Under the pieces are notes generated by a model. It ran no database searches, was not told the origin of the DNA, and was given only the letters and a program-made list of their open reading frames with translations. The position numbers and the translations under genes were made by a program. 64,000 nucleotides of DNA from the NCBI GenBank assembly GCA_047967505.1, contig CM106538.1; one strand, given 5' to 3'. This document shows positions 23,890 to 35,117 of the stretch, in pieces (the first letter of the stretch is position 1; each line of letters starts with the position of its first letter). The stretch is from Dipteris shenzhenensis (taxonomy: Eukaryota).

Positions 23890-25524
23890 AGTCATGCTTA
23901 TGCATGAGCATATAAGCATAAAAGAAAAAGAGAGAAAGCTTAAGCATAAAAGAAAAAGAGAGAAAAAGAGATTGAAAGAGGGGAAAGATGGGGGGGAAAA
24001 GAGAGGAAAATAGGAAAAGAGATTGAAAGAGGGGAAAAAGAAGAGGGGAAAAGAGCATAAACATAAGAAAGAGAAGGAGAAGGAGAAGGAGACATATGCT
24101 CATGCATAAGCATAAGCATAAGAGAAGGAGACGTATGCTCATGCTTATGCTTATGCTTATGCATGAGCATAAGAGAAGGACACATATGCTTATGCTTATG
24201 CATAGGCAAATACATATGCTTATGAAAAGAGAAGGAGGAGGAGGAGACATATGCTCATGCTTATGCATGAGCATATAAGCATAAAAGAAAAAGAGAGAAA
24301 GCTTAAGCATAAAAGAAAAAGAGAGAAAAAGATATTGAAAGAGGGGAAAGAGGAGGGGAAAGAGAGAGGAAAAGAGGAAAAGAGATTGAAAGAGGGAGAC
24401 ATATGCTCATGCATAAGAGAAGGAGACACATGCTCATGCTCATGCTTATGCTTATGCTTATGCATGAGCATAAGAGAAGGAGACATATGCTTATGCTTAT
24501 GCATAGGCAAATACATATGCTTATGAAAAGAGATTGAAAGAGGGAAAAGAGGGGGGAAAGAGAGAGGAAAGGAGGAAAAGAGGAGAAGGAGAAGGAGACA
24601 TATGCTCATGCTTATGCATGAGCATATAAGCATAAAAGAAAAAGAGAGAAAGCTTAAGCATAAAAGAAAAAGAGAGAAAAAGACATTGAAACAGGCGAAA
24701 GAGGGGGGGAAATAGAGCGGAAAAGAGGAAAAGAGATTAAAAGAGGGAGATATATGCTCATGCATAAGCATAAGCATAAGAGAAGGAGACACATGCTCAT
24801 GCTTATGCTTATGCATGAGCATAAGAGAAGGAGATATATGCTCATGCTTATGCTTATGCATGAGCATAAGAGAAGGAGACATATGCTTATGCTTTTGCAT
24901 AAGAGGAAGAAGAGGGAAAGGAAACAAAGCATATGCTTATGCTTATGCATGAGCATATATAAGCATAAAAGAAAAAGAGAGAAAGCTTAAGCATAAAAGA
25001 AAAAGAGAGAAAAAGAGATTGAAAGAGGGGAAAGAGAGAGGAAAAGAGGAAAAGAGGAAAAGAGATTGAAAGAAGGAGACATATGCTCATGCATAAGCAT
25101 ATGCATAAGAGAAGGAGACACATGCTCATGCTTATGCTAATGCTTATGCATGAGCATAAGAGAAGGAGACATATGCTCATGCTTATGCTGATGCATGAGC
25201 ATAAGAGAAGGAGATATATGCTTATGCTTATGCATAAGAGGAAGAAGAGGGAAAGGAAACAAAGCATATGCTTATGCTTATGCGTGAGCATATAAGCATA
25301 AAAGAAAAAGAGAGAAAAAGAGATTGAAAGAGAGAAAAGAGGGGGGGAAAGAGAGAGGAAAAGAGGAAAAGAGATTGAAAGAGGGGAAAAAGAAGAGGGG
25401 AAAAGAGCATGAACATAAGAGAAGGAAGAGGGGAAAAGAGATTGAAAGAGGGAAAAAACAAGAGAAGGAAAGGAGGGAAAAAGAGATTGAAAGAGGTGAA
25501 AAAAGAAGAGAAGGAAAGGAGGGA
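23890..25524. repeat. compound satellite of (ATGCTT)n/(AAGCAT)n hexamers alternating with GA-rich tracts
   Basis: ATGCTCATGCTTATGCATGAGCAT and GAAAAGAGATTGAAAGAGGG are reiterated; the GA-rich tract resumes at 31472. Confidence 0.9.
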
Positions 25525-26242
25525 CATCATATAAATGTGGTGTTCAAAAACAAAATTAAACTTGCAACAACTGTCAATTTTTATTTGGTATATTAGATGT
25601 ATCAAATTAATGCCAAATGCATATGTTTCTATGTTGATAAATTACAGTATTGACATATCCAATAGGATTATGGTAGAGGGGAAAAGAAGGGGGAAAGAGA
25701 GAGGAAAAGAGGAAAAGAGATTGAAAGAGGGGAAAAGAGCATGAACATAAGAGAAGGAAGAGGGGAAAAGAGATTGAAAGAGGGAAAAAACAAGAGAAGG
25801 AAAGGAGGGAAAAAGAGATTGAAAGAGGTGAAAAAAGAAGAGAAGGAAAGGAGGGACATCATATAAATGTGGTGTTCAAAAACAAAATTAAACTTGCAAC
25901 AACTGTCAATTTTTATTTGGTATATTAGATGTATCAAATTAATGCCAAATGCATATGTTTCTATGTTGATAAATTGCAGTATTGACGTATCCAATAGGAT
26001 TATGGTAGAGCTTTGACATCCATCATATAAATGTGGTGTTCAAAAACACCGTTCCATCACAATAGAGCTCGTGAAACTCTCCATCACAATAGAGCTCATG
26101 AAACTCAGAGACATGGTCTTGATAAAAACCTTTTTTTAAATTGCTTTCTTGTGCTAAATATAATCAAAACCATTGACACATAGCCAATTTTGCAACTAAA
26201 TTTTGCACCACATTGTTTAACACAATCATTAACAATTCTATA

Positions 26243-26800
26243 CTAGTATTCATACTCACAAAATAGCTCATCTCTAAAGGAGATATTCTTTATGGTTTGC
26301 ATAGTAATGCAGCCATGGGCACTCAAATCTCCTTGTGACTTTTGAGCCCAAGGTGGTAGCTTAGGGATGTATACAAATATAACATTTGTTCTTTCTTTAT
26401 AATACATTGAGCTATTTATATATCCAGCAATGTTTCCATACAATACATCTCCCACAATACATTTCATATCTATCAATGGCTCAATGAATGGATCTTCAAA
26501 CATTCCATAAGTCTTCATCCTTGGAAAAAACTTGAGGAGAGATCTCCACATATCATAATCATACTTTGGACCATTATATACCATCAAATCTTGTTTCTTC
26601 TTGATGCTCGTATGTACAAAAAGACCATATCCTGCCCCAAGTATTGTTGATTTCTTTACTTCATAATGGATTCCATTCATTTCGAACATGTGCTCAATGG
26701 CTATGGGCAATTCATGTTTCCATAAACCATTGGATGCAGGATCAAAATTTATAATAAGATAGCTCTTCAAACTTTCAGGACAATCTACAACACCTATCAT
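26243..26800 (-). CDS. SET-domain ORF (185 aa), 3' end of a degenerate longer reading frame
   Basis: KSTILGAGYGLF (GxG), YNG, NIAGYINSS (RFINHS-like), ELFCEY*. No post-SET cysteines. The upstream region 27540-26800 is frameshifted coding-like sequence. Confidence 0.8.
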   Translation of the reverse strand: MIGVVDCPESLKSYLIINFDPASNGLWKHELPIAIEHMFEMNGIHYEVKKSTILGAGYGLFVHTSIKKKQDLMVYNGPKYDYDMWRSLLKFFPRMKTYGMFEDPFIEPLIDMKCIVGDVLYGNIAGYINSSMYYKERTNVIFVYIPKLPPWAQKSQGDLSAHGCITMQTIKNISFRDELFCEYEY

Positions 26801-28229
26801 ATGTTTAAATCAAAGAATCATTCTTTTAGTGGAGGAATACAAACTCACATCACAAAGCATAGAGCATTTTTTGCACAAGGTACTAACTCAATGTCTGTTA
26901 ATTCTTTCACAAAAGAAATTGAAACATAACGTTTTGCAAATTGAATCTAACCAAATAATGTCCAAATATAAATCAGAATGTAGGTACAAATGTTTTAGTT
27001 GAGCATTTGTGTCTGCAACTCTAATTAACAAGATCACTCAAATTCACTAAGGATTCTCTATGCAATAAAATCGAATCAAGTTGGCTAAGAATGCCCTTGC
27101 AGCATCAGTAGTGATTCCCCTTTCCTTGCATCCAAGAACCATAGCAAAGCGTTTTGCCTCACTATCTTTCAATGGCCACATTTTGGCAATTTTTCCTAGC
27201 ATGCATTCTTCCTCTTCATTCAATGTAACATGTTGAGCATGCACCATACTTCTTGTAGTAGGACAAGTCCCTCTCACTCTAGTTTTGGTTATAGGTGAAG
27301 CAATACCTTTCTCTGTCTTTTTTTGAACTACGAATAGACATATGATGAGATTTAACATTCATCCTTTTGAGCACTTCTTTGTTTTTTTCTTTGAATTCAA
27401 GGATCAGTGATTGAAAATAATAGAACATATCATGCCCTTCGACAATCGAGGCTTGACCAAATCTATTAGAAGAGATGGCACTGCGCACATCTACTACATC
27501 ATTTAGCATCTGTAGGTATGGCAATAACTCATGAAGCAAAATAGAATCACCACAATCTATATCAAATTTTGTAGGGAAAATGCAATTTTCTGCTAGATTA
27601 ACACAACCGAAGGATCACTCATATGTGATATTTGGTATCAAGGAGTATGTACACTTTTGGGAAAAATGGGCACACCTATAAGGTCCAGAAGCATCTTTCA
27701 CAAAGTTTTATAAGCTGGTAGTGAAGTACTACAAGAACATGATTGATGAGCTTGATAAACCAAACAATAGTGTAGAGGGCATGTACGAGAGATTTTGGCC
27801 AAAGATGCAACATATTGATTGTGTGCAAGTAGTTGATAATGAAAACGATGAGTTTCAAGGAATTAAAGAGTTGAATAATCACTACTGTGGACCTCAAAGG
27901 AAAAAGCCAAAACAATCATTTGATCTAATGGTTAATGTACAAAAAGGACACTTTCTTTTGGTCCGACTAGCAGAAAAAATTTACCAATGGCTAGGCATTG
28001 CTCAAACTGATGTACAGAAGGATAATAAATCTAAAAATTTCAAGAAGGTTCAAACCTCAACATTTGACATTTTATTTATGTTGATGCAAACCATGCACAT
28101 TTGTGAGATTTGGATGGACTGCCAAATCTATGGGAAAAATCAATGAAAAACATTGAATGTTACATAATTACAACCCCTCAAAAATTCCCAAATTATCAGG
28201 ATATTCCCAAATTCTCTAATATGGTGTTC

Positions 28230-28960
28230 ACTCGACTGGTTGGCTAGTCAGATTCTGACTGGGGGGGAGATTTGGATACACAGCACTCAACATCTAGTTA
28301 TATTTTTCTTCTAGCAAGGGGGGGGGGATATCTTGGCAATCCAGGAAACAAAACTCGGTAGCTCTCTCTTCAACAGAGGCTGAGTTTGTTGCAGCAGCAG
28401 AAGCCACAAAGGAAGGTACTTGGCTAAACAACCTATTGAAGGATCTTGCGGTTGGACTGGATCAACCCCTAAAGCTATACCTAGATAATCAATCATGTAT
28501 CACACTCATTCAATCACCAAGGCATCACGAGAAGACTAAACATGTGGATTATAAATACCACTACTTAAAGGAGATATATCAAGCAGGACACCTCGAGTTG
28601 GAATACACGCCAACACAAAACATGTGGGCGGATTTCCTCACCAAAGCGGTACCACGAAGGAAGCATGAAGAATGCAGCAGCTTAGTCGGACTGATCTCGG
28701 CATAGATTAGTTTTTTCTTTTTTCAAAAGAGTTCCTTTCAAGTTCTGTTCTAAAAAGAAGGGGGTGTGTGAGTTAGTGACAAATAAGCATGAAGTAAAAT
28801 TATGAACAATAATATTTACAAATGACATAATGGAAAGGCATCTAGTGTGACAAAGAGTCACAACCGTATCTCTGTAACAAATAAGCCGGTTGGCATCATA
28901 ATCAAATGTTTGTTTTCTACTATCTCTCTGTGTATGAGCAATCGCTCTCGTAAGTGTATG
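28230..28960 (+). mobile_element. Copia RNase H end, polypurine tract and start of 3' LTR
   Basis: SDSD.GGD...STS, ISWQSRKQ.SVALSSTEAEF, DNQSCI, KTKHVDYKYH, MWADFLTK; PPT AAAAAGAAGGGGG at ~28752 followed by TGTGAG. Confidence 0.9.
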
Positions 28961-29860
28961 CTAGTTGAAGTTTTCACAATGTCTCCCATTGTTTGAGCAA
29001 AGTGTGGTCAGATCTGGTCGCGCATCTTCATGTCTTTGGCTCGCTTGGGACATTCTTTGGCAGTCATTAACATTGCAATAGTAGCAGGTGGGCTCAACTT
29101 TTGGCTTGGGCTCCTGTCCATGCCATCTGTCAAGGTGTGGACGTTCTGATACCGAAGGAGGAGCTGAGGCCATCTTCCCAGTGAAGTATGGAGCTTTCTT
29201 GAATATGGGTGGAGGAGTAGTGAGTAACGCACGATCAGCTGCAGGAGTCATTGATTTTCGGCATGCTTCCTCTTGGAGGAGTTGATTGCTGACGAAGGGA
29301 ACAGTGACTTCCTCTCCTCGTCCCTCGATTGTCATGATGAGAGCATCGTAGGAAGGGGGCATACTGTTCAAAATGGTGAACGCGAATTGGCTTATTTTCT
29401 TTCAAATTGGTGTTGGCGAGGATATGCTATAGAATGAGGATGCTCCCTACGTTCTTTTCCTCATACATAGATTGAAGGGTCATCCATGCTTCATGAGTAG
29501 TTAGGCAGTCTTGGACTTGGTTCGCTGGCAGGTCGCCTAGGGTCAAACAGATGATGAGTTTGGCTTGGCGTTCCTTAGCTTTGAAGGTGAAAATCTCCAT
29601 TTCAGATGCAAGAACTTCTTCGACATTTGGTACTGTTGTGGGATTGGAAGGTGCAAATACGCTAGGACCAGCTGTGATTTGTGCTGGAGGAGGAGCATCA
29701 ACAGCTACCAGAATAGCTACCAGGGTGGACAATTCGCTACCAGCTTCAGGTGATGGATTAATCACGATGGAGAGGCTAGGATCTCGTTCGGCTCTAGTCA
29801 CAATAGCCCGTAGGTCTTTTTCTTCTAGAACCATCTTGATTTTCCATTTCCAGATGATGA
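28961..29860 (-). mobile_element. Copia gag (UBN2-type) remnant
   Basis: WKWKIKMVLEEKDL, AKLIICLTLGD..VQDC.T.HEAW..LQ.MYE, NSMPPSYDALI, LLQEE, broken zinc knuckle CYYC. Confidence 0.85.
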
Positions 29861-29880
29861 CCTCCTAGCATGTGGCGTCA

Positions 29881-30081
29881 TCAGAAACACAGGAAATAGG
29901 TTCCTATCCTAGGAAATGACCAAGTATATTTTCCTTCTCCAGGAGGGAATCCCTGCTGATCATTGCCCTCTTGGCCACTGGGGCTTGTAGTGTGTTCGGA
30001 GGCCATGGAGTTGTGAGGAGGAGAGCGGGTTGCATCTAAACAACGTCCAGTGGGTCTAGCAGTTTGTTTAACCCGTGCCAT
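29881..30081 (-). pseudogene. 5' part of an ORF beginning with a histone H3 tail-like peptide (MARVKQTAR)
   Basis: 7 of the first 8 residues after Met match H3 ARTKQTAR; TATATAAA (30113-30120) and AAACCCTAA lie just upstream; truncated where Copia sequence begins. Confidence 0.65.
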
Positions 30082-30362
30082 AGAAATGAGGGATTTTAGG
30101 GTTTTGAAGTGCTTTATATAGTCTTTTTTAAGGCACTTTAGGGTTTTTCTTTTAAATTAGGTTTTTTTGAGTGCACCCCATCCCACTTCGATCTTTTGTT
30201 AGCTAGTTCGGTAATACTTAATCTTCACCACCCTCCCTTCTAACCCACTCACCCCTCCACCCTGCCATGTCGCACATGCAATTCTATAATTTCCAAACAA
30301 ATTTGTGAATTTTGGAATCTATAATTGACTCAAAATAGTGTTAACTTTATTCATCAAACATT

Positions 30363-30946
30363 TTACATTTGGGGTTCTCTTAGGACCCAACGCCTCCCTT
30401 GTCTAACTCTATGTTGCAACAACCAAAGTGCAACCCCTTGGCTCCCTGTTGAGGACTTCCAAGTAGCACATCTCCTTGTCTTCTTGACATGTTGAACCAC
30501 TTTTGCAATACTTGAGAACTCTACCTTATCGCGCTTGAGAGTCTTGGCCTCTAGACATCTATAAAACCAGTCGAACATTTCGTGTAGTGCATTGCTTCAT
30601 GCGATACCACCCCCATGCCTTGTATTATTGAAGTATGATGCCTTTGCTCTGTAGTGTGATTTCTCCATTCCTTGAGTATTCCAAATGGACAGAGGGCCCC
30701 ATTGCTCCACAAACCATGATGCATGTGCGTAAAGAATATGCTATAAAGAAAAACATCATATAAGAAACATAAACTGACTCAAGTTTAAACCACAAAATTT
30801 CAACCTAAGGAGGATTACCATGTAATGTGTAATATGTGACTCCCCCCATGCTTCTACCATCAATGATATGAATTCTCCCAATGCTGTCCTGAATCTCTCA
30901 TAATAAAGCTCATCTATTTGACCTTGAAAAGCATGACTTTTTTTCC
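30363..30946 (-). pseudogene. RAG1/Transib-like DDE transposase, C-terminal exons
   Basis: Removing a 78-nt GT-AG intron (30818-30741) gives EFISLMVEAWGESHITHYM|HILYAHASWFVEQWGPLSIWNTQGMEKSH..HGGG, aligning by eye with RAG1 [31 protein letters not shown]; one in-frame TGA. Confidence 0.65.
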
Positions 30947-32243
30947 TTGCATAACGATAATTTAATTGAATACTGACAAATATTTGGAAGGTATGACATT
31001 GATCTTTTTTCTTTATCTTTTTTTGCAGACCATTGCTTCGTGGTTGCAAGTTCTGCACACTCGACAAAATATGCATTCTTACTTTTTCTCCAACTAAACT
31101 AAAATGGTGTTTTTGAACACCACCTTTTTCTGAGAAGAGGCAAAAAATGCTTCGTTGAACTCAAACATATGATGTTTTTTTCTTGGCTAATGCAGAACAT
31201 GCACACTCCAAAGTGTGAGTTTCATATACACGACCAAATCCAGGGAGAAAGTCAATGGAGTGCACTCAATGCATTGTAATTGCAACCCCTCGAAAAATAC
31301 CATGCATTGGTCAAAACCTCAACATTTAACATTTTATTTATGTTGATGCAAACCATGCACATTTGCAAGATTTGGATGGGCTACCGAATCTATGGGAAAA
31401 TTCAATGAAAAACATTGAATGTTACATAATTACAACTCCTCAAAAATTCCCAAATTCTCTAATATGGAGTTGGAGGGAAAAAGAGATTGAAAGAGGGGGA
31501 AAAAGAAGAGGGGAAAAAGAAGAGGGAAAAAGAAGAGAAGGAAAAGGAGAAAAGAGGGAAAGAAGAGGGAAGAGAGGGGGAAATAGGGTTCCTACACCCA
31601 TCACTGCAGTTAGCACTTAAGGTGCTAGCAAGGCCAATGCAAATAACAAAAATAACAAAAGGAAAAAAGAGGAAGCACTTTCTTACCTAGAATAGTCCCG
31701 CTCGGTGTTTTGTGGTGGACTGGCCCTACAAAGAGAGGAAACATAACATTTTTCAAATAAGTAGTTAAAGGAAGGAGGATTTTAAAGAAGCAACTTCTCA
31801 AAGGGATTGGATTGAGGAGACAAGGAGAAAGAGGAGAAAGAGAAATACAAAAAAGACTAGAAGAGGTGAGTCTTCTTTCTTTCACAAAATCTCGTTTTTT
31901 GTCTCTAACCCTTGAAAATCAAGCATGAAAATTAGCGCATAGCCTTAGCAATATAAGGAAAAACATGCTTCAACACTCATAAAATGAAATCTCACAAAAA
32001 ACGAACCTACATTGCTCAAAGAGACTCACCTTCTTGAAAAACTTATTTTCACACAAGCAAAGAGGGAGAAGGGTGGAGAGGGACCACAAGTGTTTGGAGA
32101 GGGGTTGAGTAGTGGTGAGGAGTGGAGAATAGAGAGGAGGAAAGCGAGGTCTCCGGATATAGGTGGGAGGAAAGATTGCTTTTCTTACAATAGAGATTGC
32201 TAAAGAAAGCGCTGCATCGCGGGGTTTTGGTTTTAGCCCACAG

Positions 32244-32378
32244 CGTCGCTATATAGCAACGCTGGTCAGTCACTATATAGCAACACTTATATTTAAAAGC
32301 ATCACTATATAGCGACGAAACAGAGCAAATCGTCACTATATAGTGATGGAATAGGGCAAAAAGTCACTATATAGCGAC
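32244..32378. repeat. internal cluster of CACTA palindromic motifs GTCRCTATATAGYGAC
   Basis: About five copies, same motif as at 22193-22310. Confidence 0.85.
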
Positions 32379-32487
32379 ACTTCAGAACACTTATTGTTTA
32401 AAGTTAAAAAAGAAGCTCATAGATGTTATTTTATTACTGTTAATATATTTCCTTGCAACTTATGTTGTGCTTTTATAAGTGTGCAGA

Positions 32488-34650
32488 TGGAAGGGACACG
32501 TGGAAGCTTGTCAGATGATGTGCCAATGCCCGGGAGCACAAAGTGGCTTACAGAGAGGTTGTATTGTCATTGCACTCATTGCAAGTGAGAAGTACGACAT
32601 CAACTTCGTCTTATCATGCGCCACTTACGGATGTATGGGGAGGAGCCCGAACCAATACCCATCTTTGGTGTTGCACGTGTTGATGGATTATCAGTAAGTC
32701 AAAGCTATTTAAGTTTGTGGTTAATATTGGATGCCATTATGATACGAAACCTTGAGACAAGATCTTATATTTACATGAAATCTTAAAATAGGATGAGGAG
32801 GCTGACGAGGGTATGCATATACCTTCACATTTTGAGCAAGACTATAGTCTCCCTAATGATGACGAGGGTATGGTCGACATGATGGATTCTATTTTTAGGG
32901 GCACTACATCCCATGTACACGTGATGTCAGAGTCTGAGGTTCAAATGCGAGAGTTGCAATCAACACAGTTGTACGAGGGTGCTAGGATTTTAAACTACAT
33001 GCTTGTCTCTCAATCTTGAATCTGCAAGTAAAGTATGGGTGGTCGGATACAAGTGTCTCAGCCTTAATGAGGTTAGCTCTTGCATTAATTTGTCTCATTA
33101 TTTGGATATTGTTTGTTTTGAGAATCATCATGTATGGATTAGTGTACCGAATCATCATTGTTCGAAGCCTATGTATGTTTGAATTGTGATAGATTGCTCC
33201 AGAAGATGTTGCCTGCACCAAATACCATGCCCGCATCAAGAGATGAAGCAAAGAAGATGCTAACAATGGTGGGTATGGATTATGATACCATCCATGCTTG
33301 CCATAAGACTATATTCTCTTTCGTTGTGAGCATGGAGATTTGGCTAGTTGTCTGAAATGTGGAGAACAACGATATAGAGATGACTTGTAGGGTGAGCAGA
33401 TACCGATAAAGGTCTTGAGACACTTTTCCATCATTGCAAGAATACAGCACATGTTCTGATGCAAATCCATAGCAGAGTTGATGACATGGCATGCATCTCA
33501 TCGGTCCACTAATGACACATTGAGGATTCCCGTAGATTGTGCAGCTTGCAGCTTGGAAGCATATAGACAATCAGTGGCCGGACTTTGCAAGGGAGCCATG
33601 CAACTTACATCTTGGCTCGCCATGGACAGCGTGAATCCTTTCAAGTTATGCTCGACATCTTGGTCGACATGGCCCATAGTCGTGGTGAATTTCAATATCC
33701 CACCATGGCTAAAAATAAAAAAGGGGGACACCTCATGATTGCACTACTTGTGCTAGGGAAGTACAAGGCAAAAAATATGGACATGTACATGGCACCTTTG
33801 ATAGAGGAGTTATAGATATTATGGAGAGGAGTGCGGGTCTTTGATATTTCCAGAGCTGCTAGACATACCAATGATATTTTGGTCAGGGGTATCTTGATGT
33901 GGACCATGCATGACTACCCAGGATATGGAGAGTGCACATGTATGTGGTTGTGTCTCTACATGTATAATATAGGATTATGCTTTTATGACTCTCTTTTGCA
34001 TGCATGTCTTATACTAACACATTCATGCACGCGTGCAGGACTTGTTACAAGTGGGTACCATGCTTGTCCTGTTTGTGGACCAGGTTTGAAATCGCTTGCA
34101 CGATACTCCAAACATATGAGGAAAAATGTTTATGAAGGTCATGCTCGATACCTTCCACTGGACCATCTCACGCATGGAGGTTAGCTTGATCCACCACCAT
34201 CATATTTGAAGGCAAGTGATTATATTCAGGCTTGGAGGGCGAATGGAGAGGAACCTGCTCCTGGTATGAAAAGGCTATCGATCTTTCACGAGCTTCCTTA
34301 TTGGGGTCAGTTACAAATCAATCATCTCTTGGATCCCATGCATATCTTCAAGAATGTGGGGGCTACTATTTGGGCACAATTGGTTGGTTCCAAAGACTCG
34401 AGAGGAGTGCGAGAATACTTGCATGCTATGAATGGGATGTCTCGTTTGTGGGCCCAAGTGCATGCTTCGAGAAAAGTTGTCCTCCCGAAAGCAACGTGGA
34501 TCCTCTCTACGAGGGAGGAGGGAGCGGTTAAGGCAGACATTGCCTCTTTTCAAACACCAACAAGGTATATGCATTGCTTGAAAGGAGCATTTTCAAAGGA
34601 CAATAAGCTTAGTAGGCTCAAGTCCCATGATTGGCATAAGGTCTTACAGG
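32488..34650 (+). pseudogene. CACTA TnpD/TNP2 (Transposase_21) pseudogene, truncated
   Basis: DTIHAC, LMTWHA, MDSVNPF, WPIVVVNFNIPPW, APLIEEL, WTMHDYPGYG, GYHACPVCG, FHELPYW, LDPMHIFKN, LKSHDWHKVLQ; introns, stops and frameshifts. Confidence 0.93.
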
Positions 34651-35117
34651 TATTCTAAGCTGTAGAAGGTTCCCCAAGGAAAAGGGATTGAAAGAAAGAT
34701 GAGCGAAGAGCAAATGGAGAAATTAGTGCCAATTTCATTCCTCCTGCAACTTTGAAGATTGCTAACAATGTGTTTGACTAGTGCAGCATTTAATTTTTTA
34801 TCTGTCAAATCCTAGTTGTTGCTTCAAAAGATGATGGACAATTAAACTAAAATGTTATTTCTTTTAATGTTTTCTCCTTTCAGTTCATGGTAAATGTTTT
34901 TCAAAAAATTTGAGAAATTTATGATTAATTTTAATTTCTAGGGTTTTGATATATATTAAGGGGTAAGAGCCCTTTTTACATCATATTCTCACTTTGATGT
35001 TTAGAGAGCCATAGAAACTCCCGTCCTCAAAATTTACTCCCTCCATCAGCTGCTATTTACCATGGATTCAACTAGAACTATGTTCCATGACTTCATTTCA
35101 TGAACTGCATTTGCAGA

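Larger units (their letters stand above)
25525..31471. mobile_element. ~5.9-kb mosaic insertion into the GA-rich repeat
   Basis: Flanked by the direct repeat GGAGGGA (25518-25524, 31472-31478); the empty-site sequence is visible in neighbouring repeat units. Left end CATCATATAAATGTGGTGTT occurs at 25525, 25857, 26021; the right-end ~160 bp is duplicated (28051-28228 and 31313-31471). Confidence 0.6.

Noticed and set aside
23828-25994. Many HKHKH / LMLM / ISIS ORFs
   Set aside because: Translations of hexamer and GA-rich repeats.
27721-28050. Protein-like plus-strand ORF (GHFLLVR..WLGIAQTDV)
   Set aside because: Probably a TE C-terminal fragment, but I cannot assign a family; kept only as part of the mosaic insertion.
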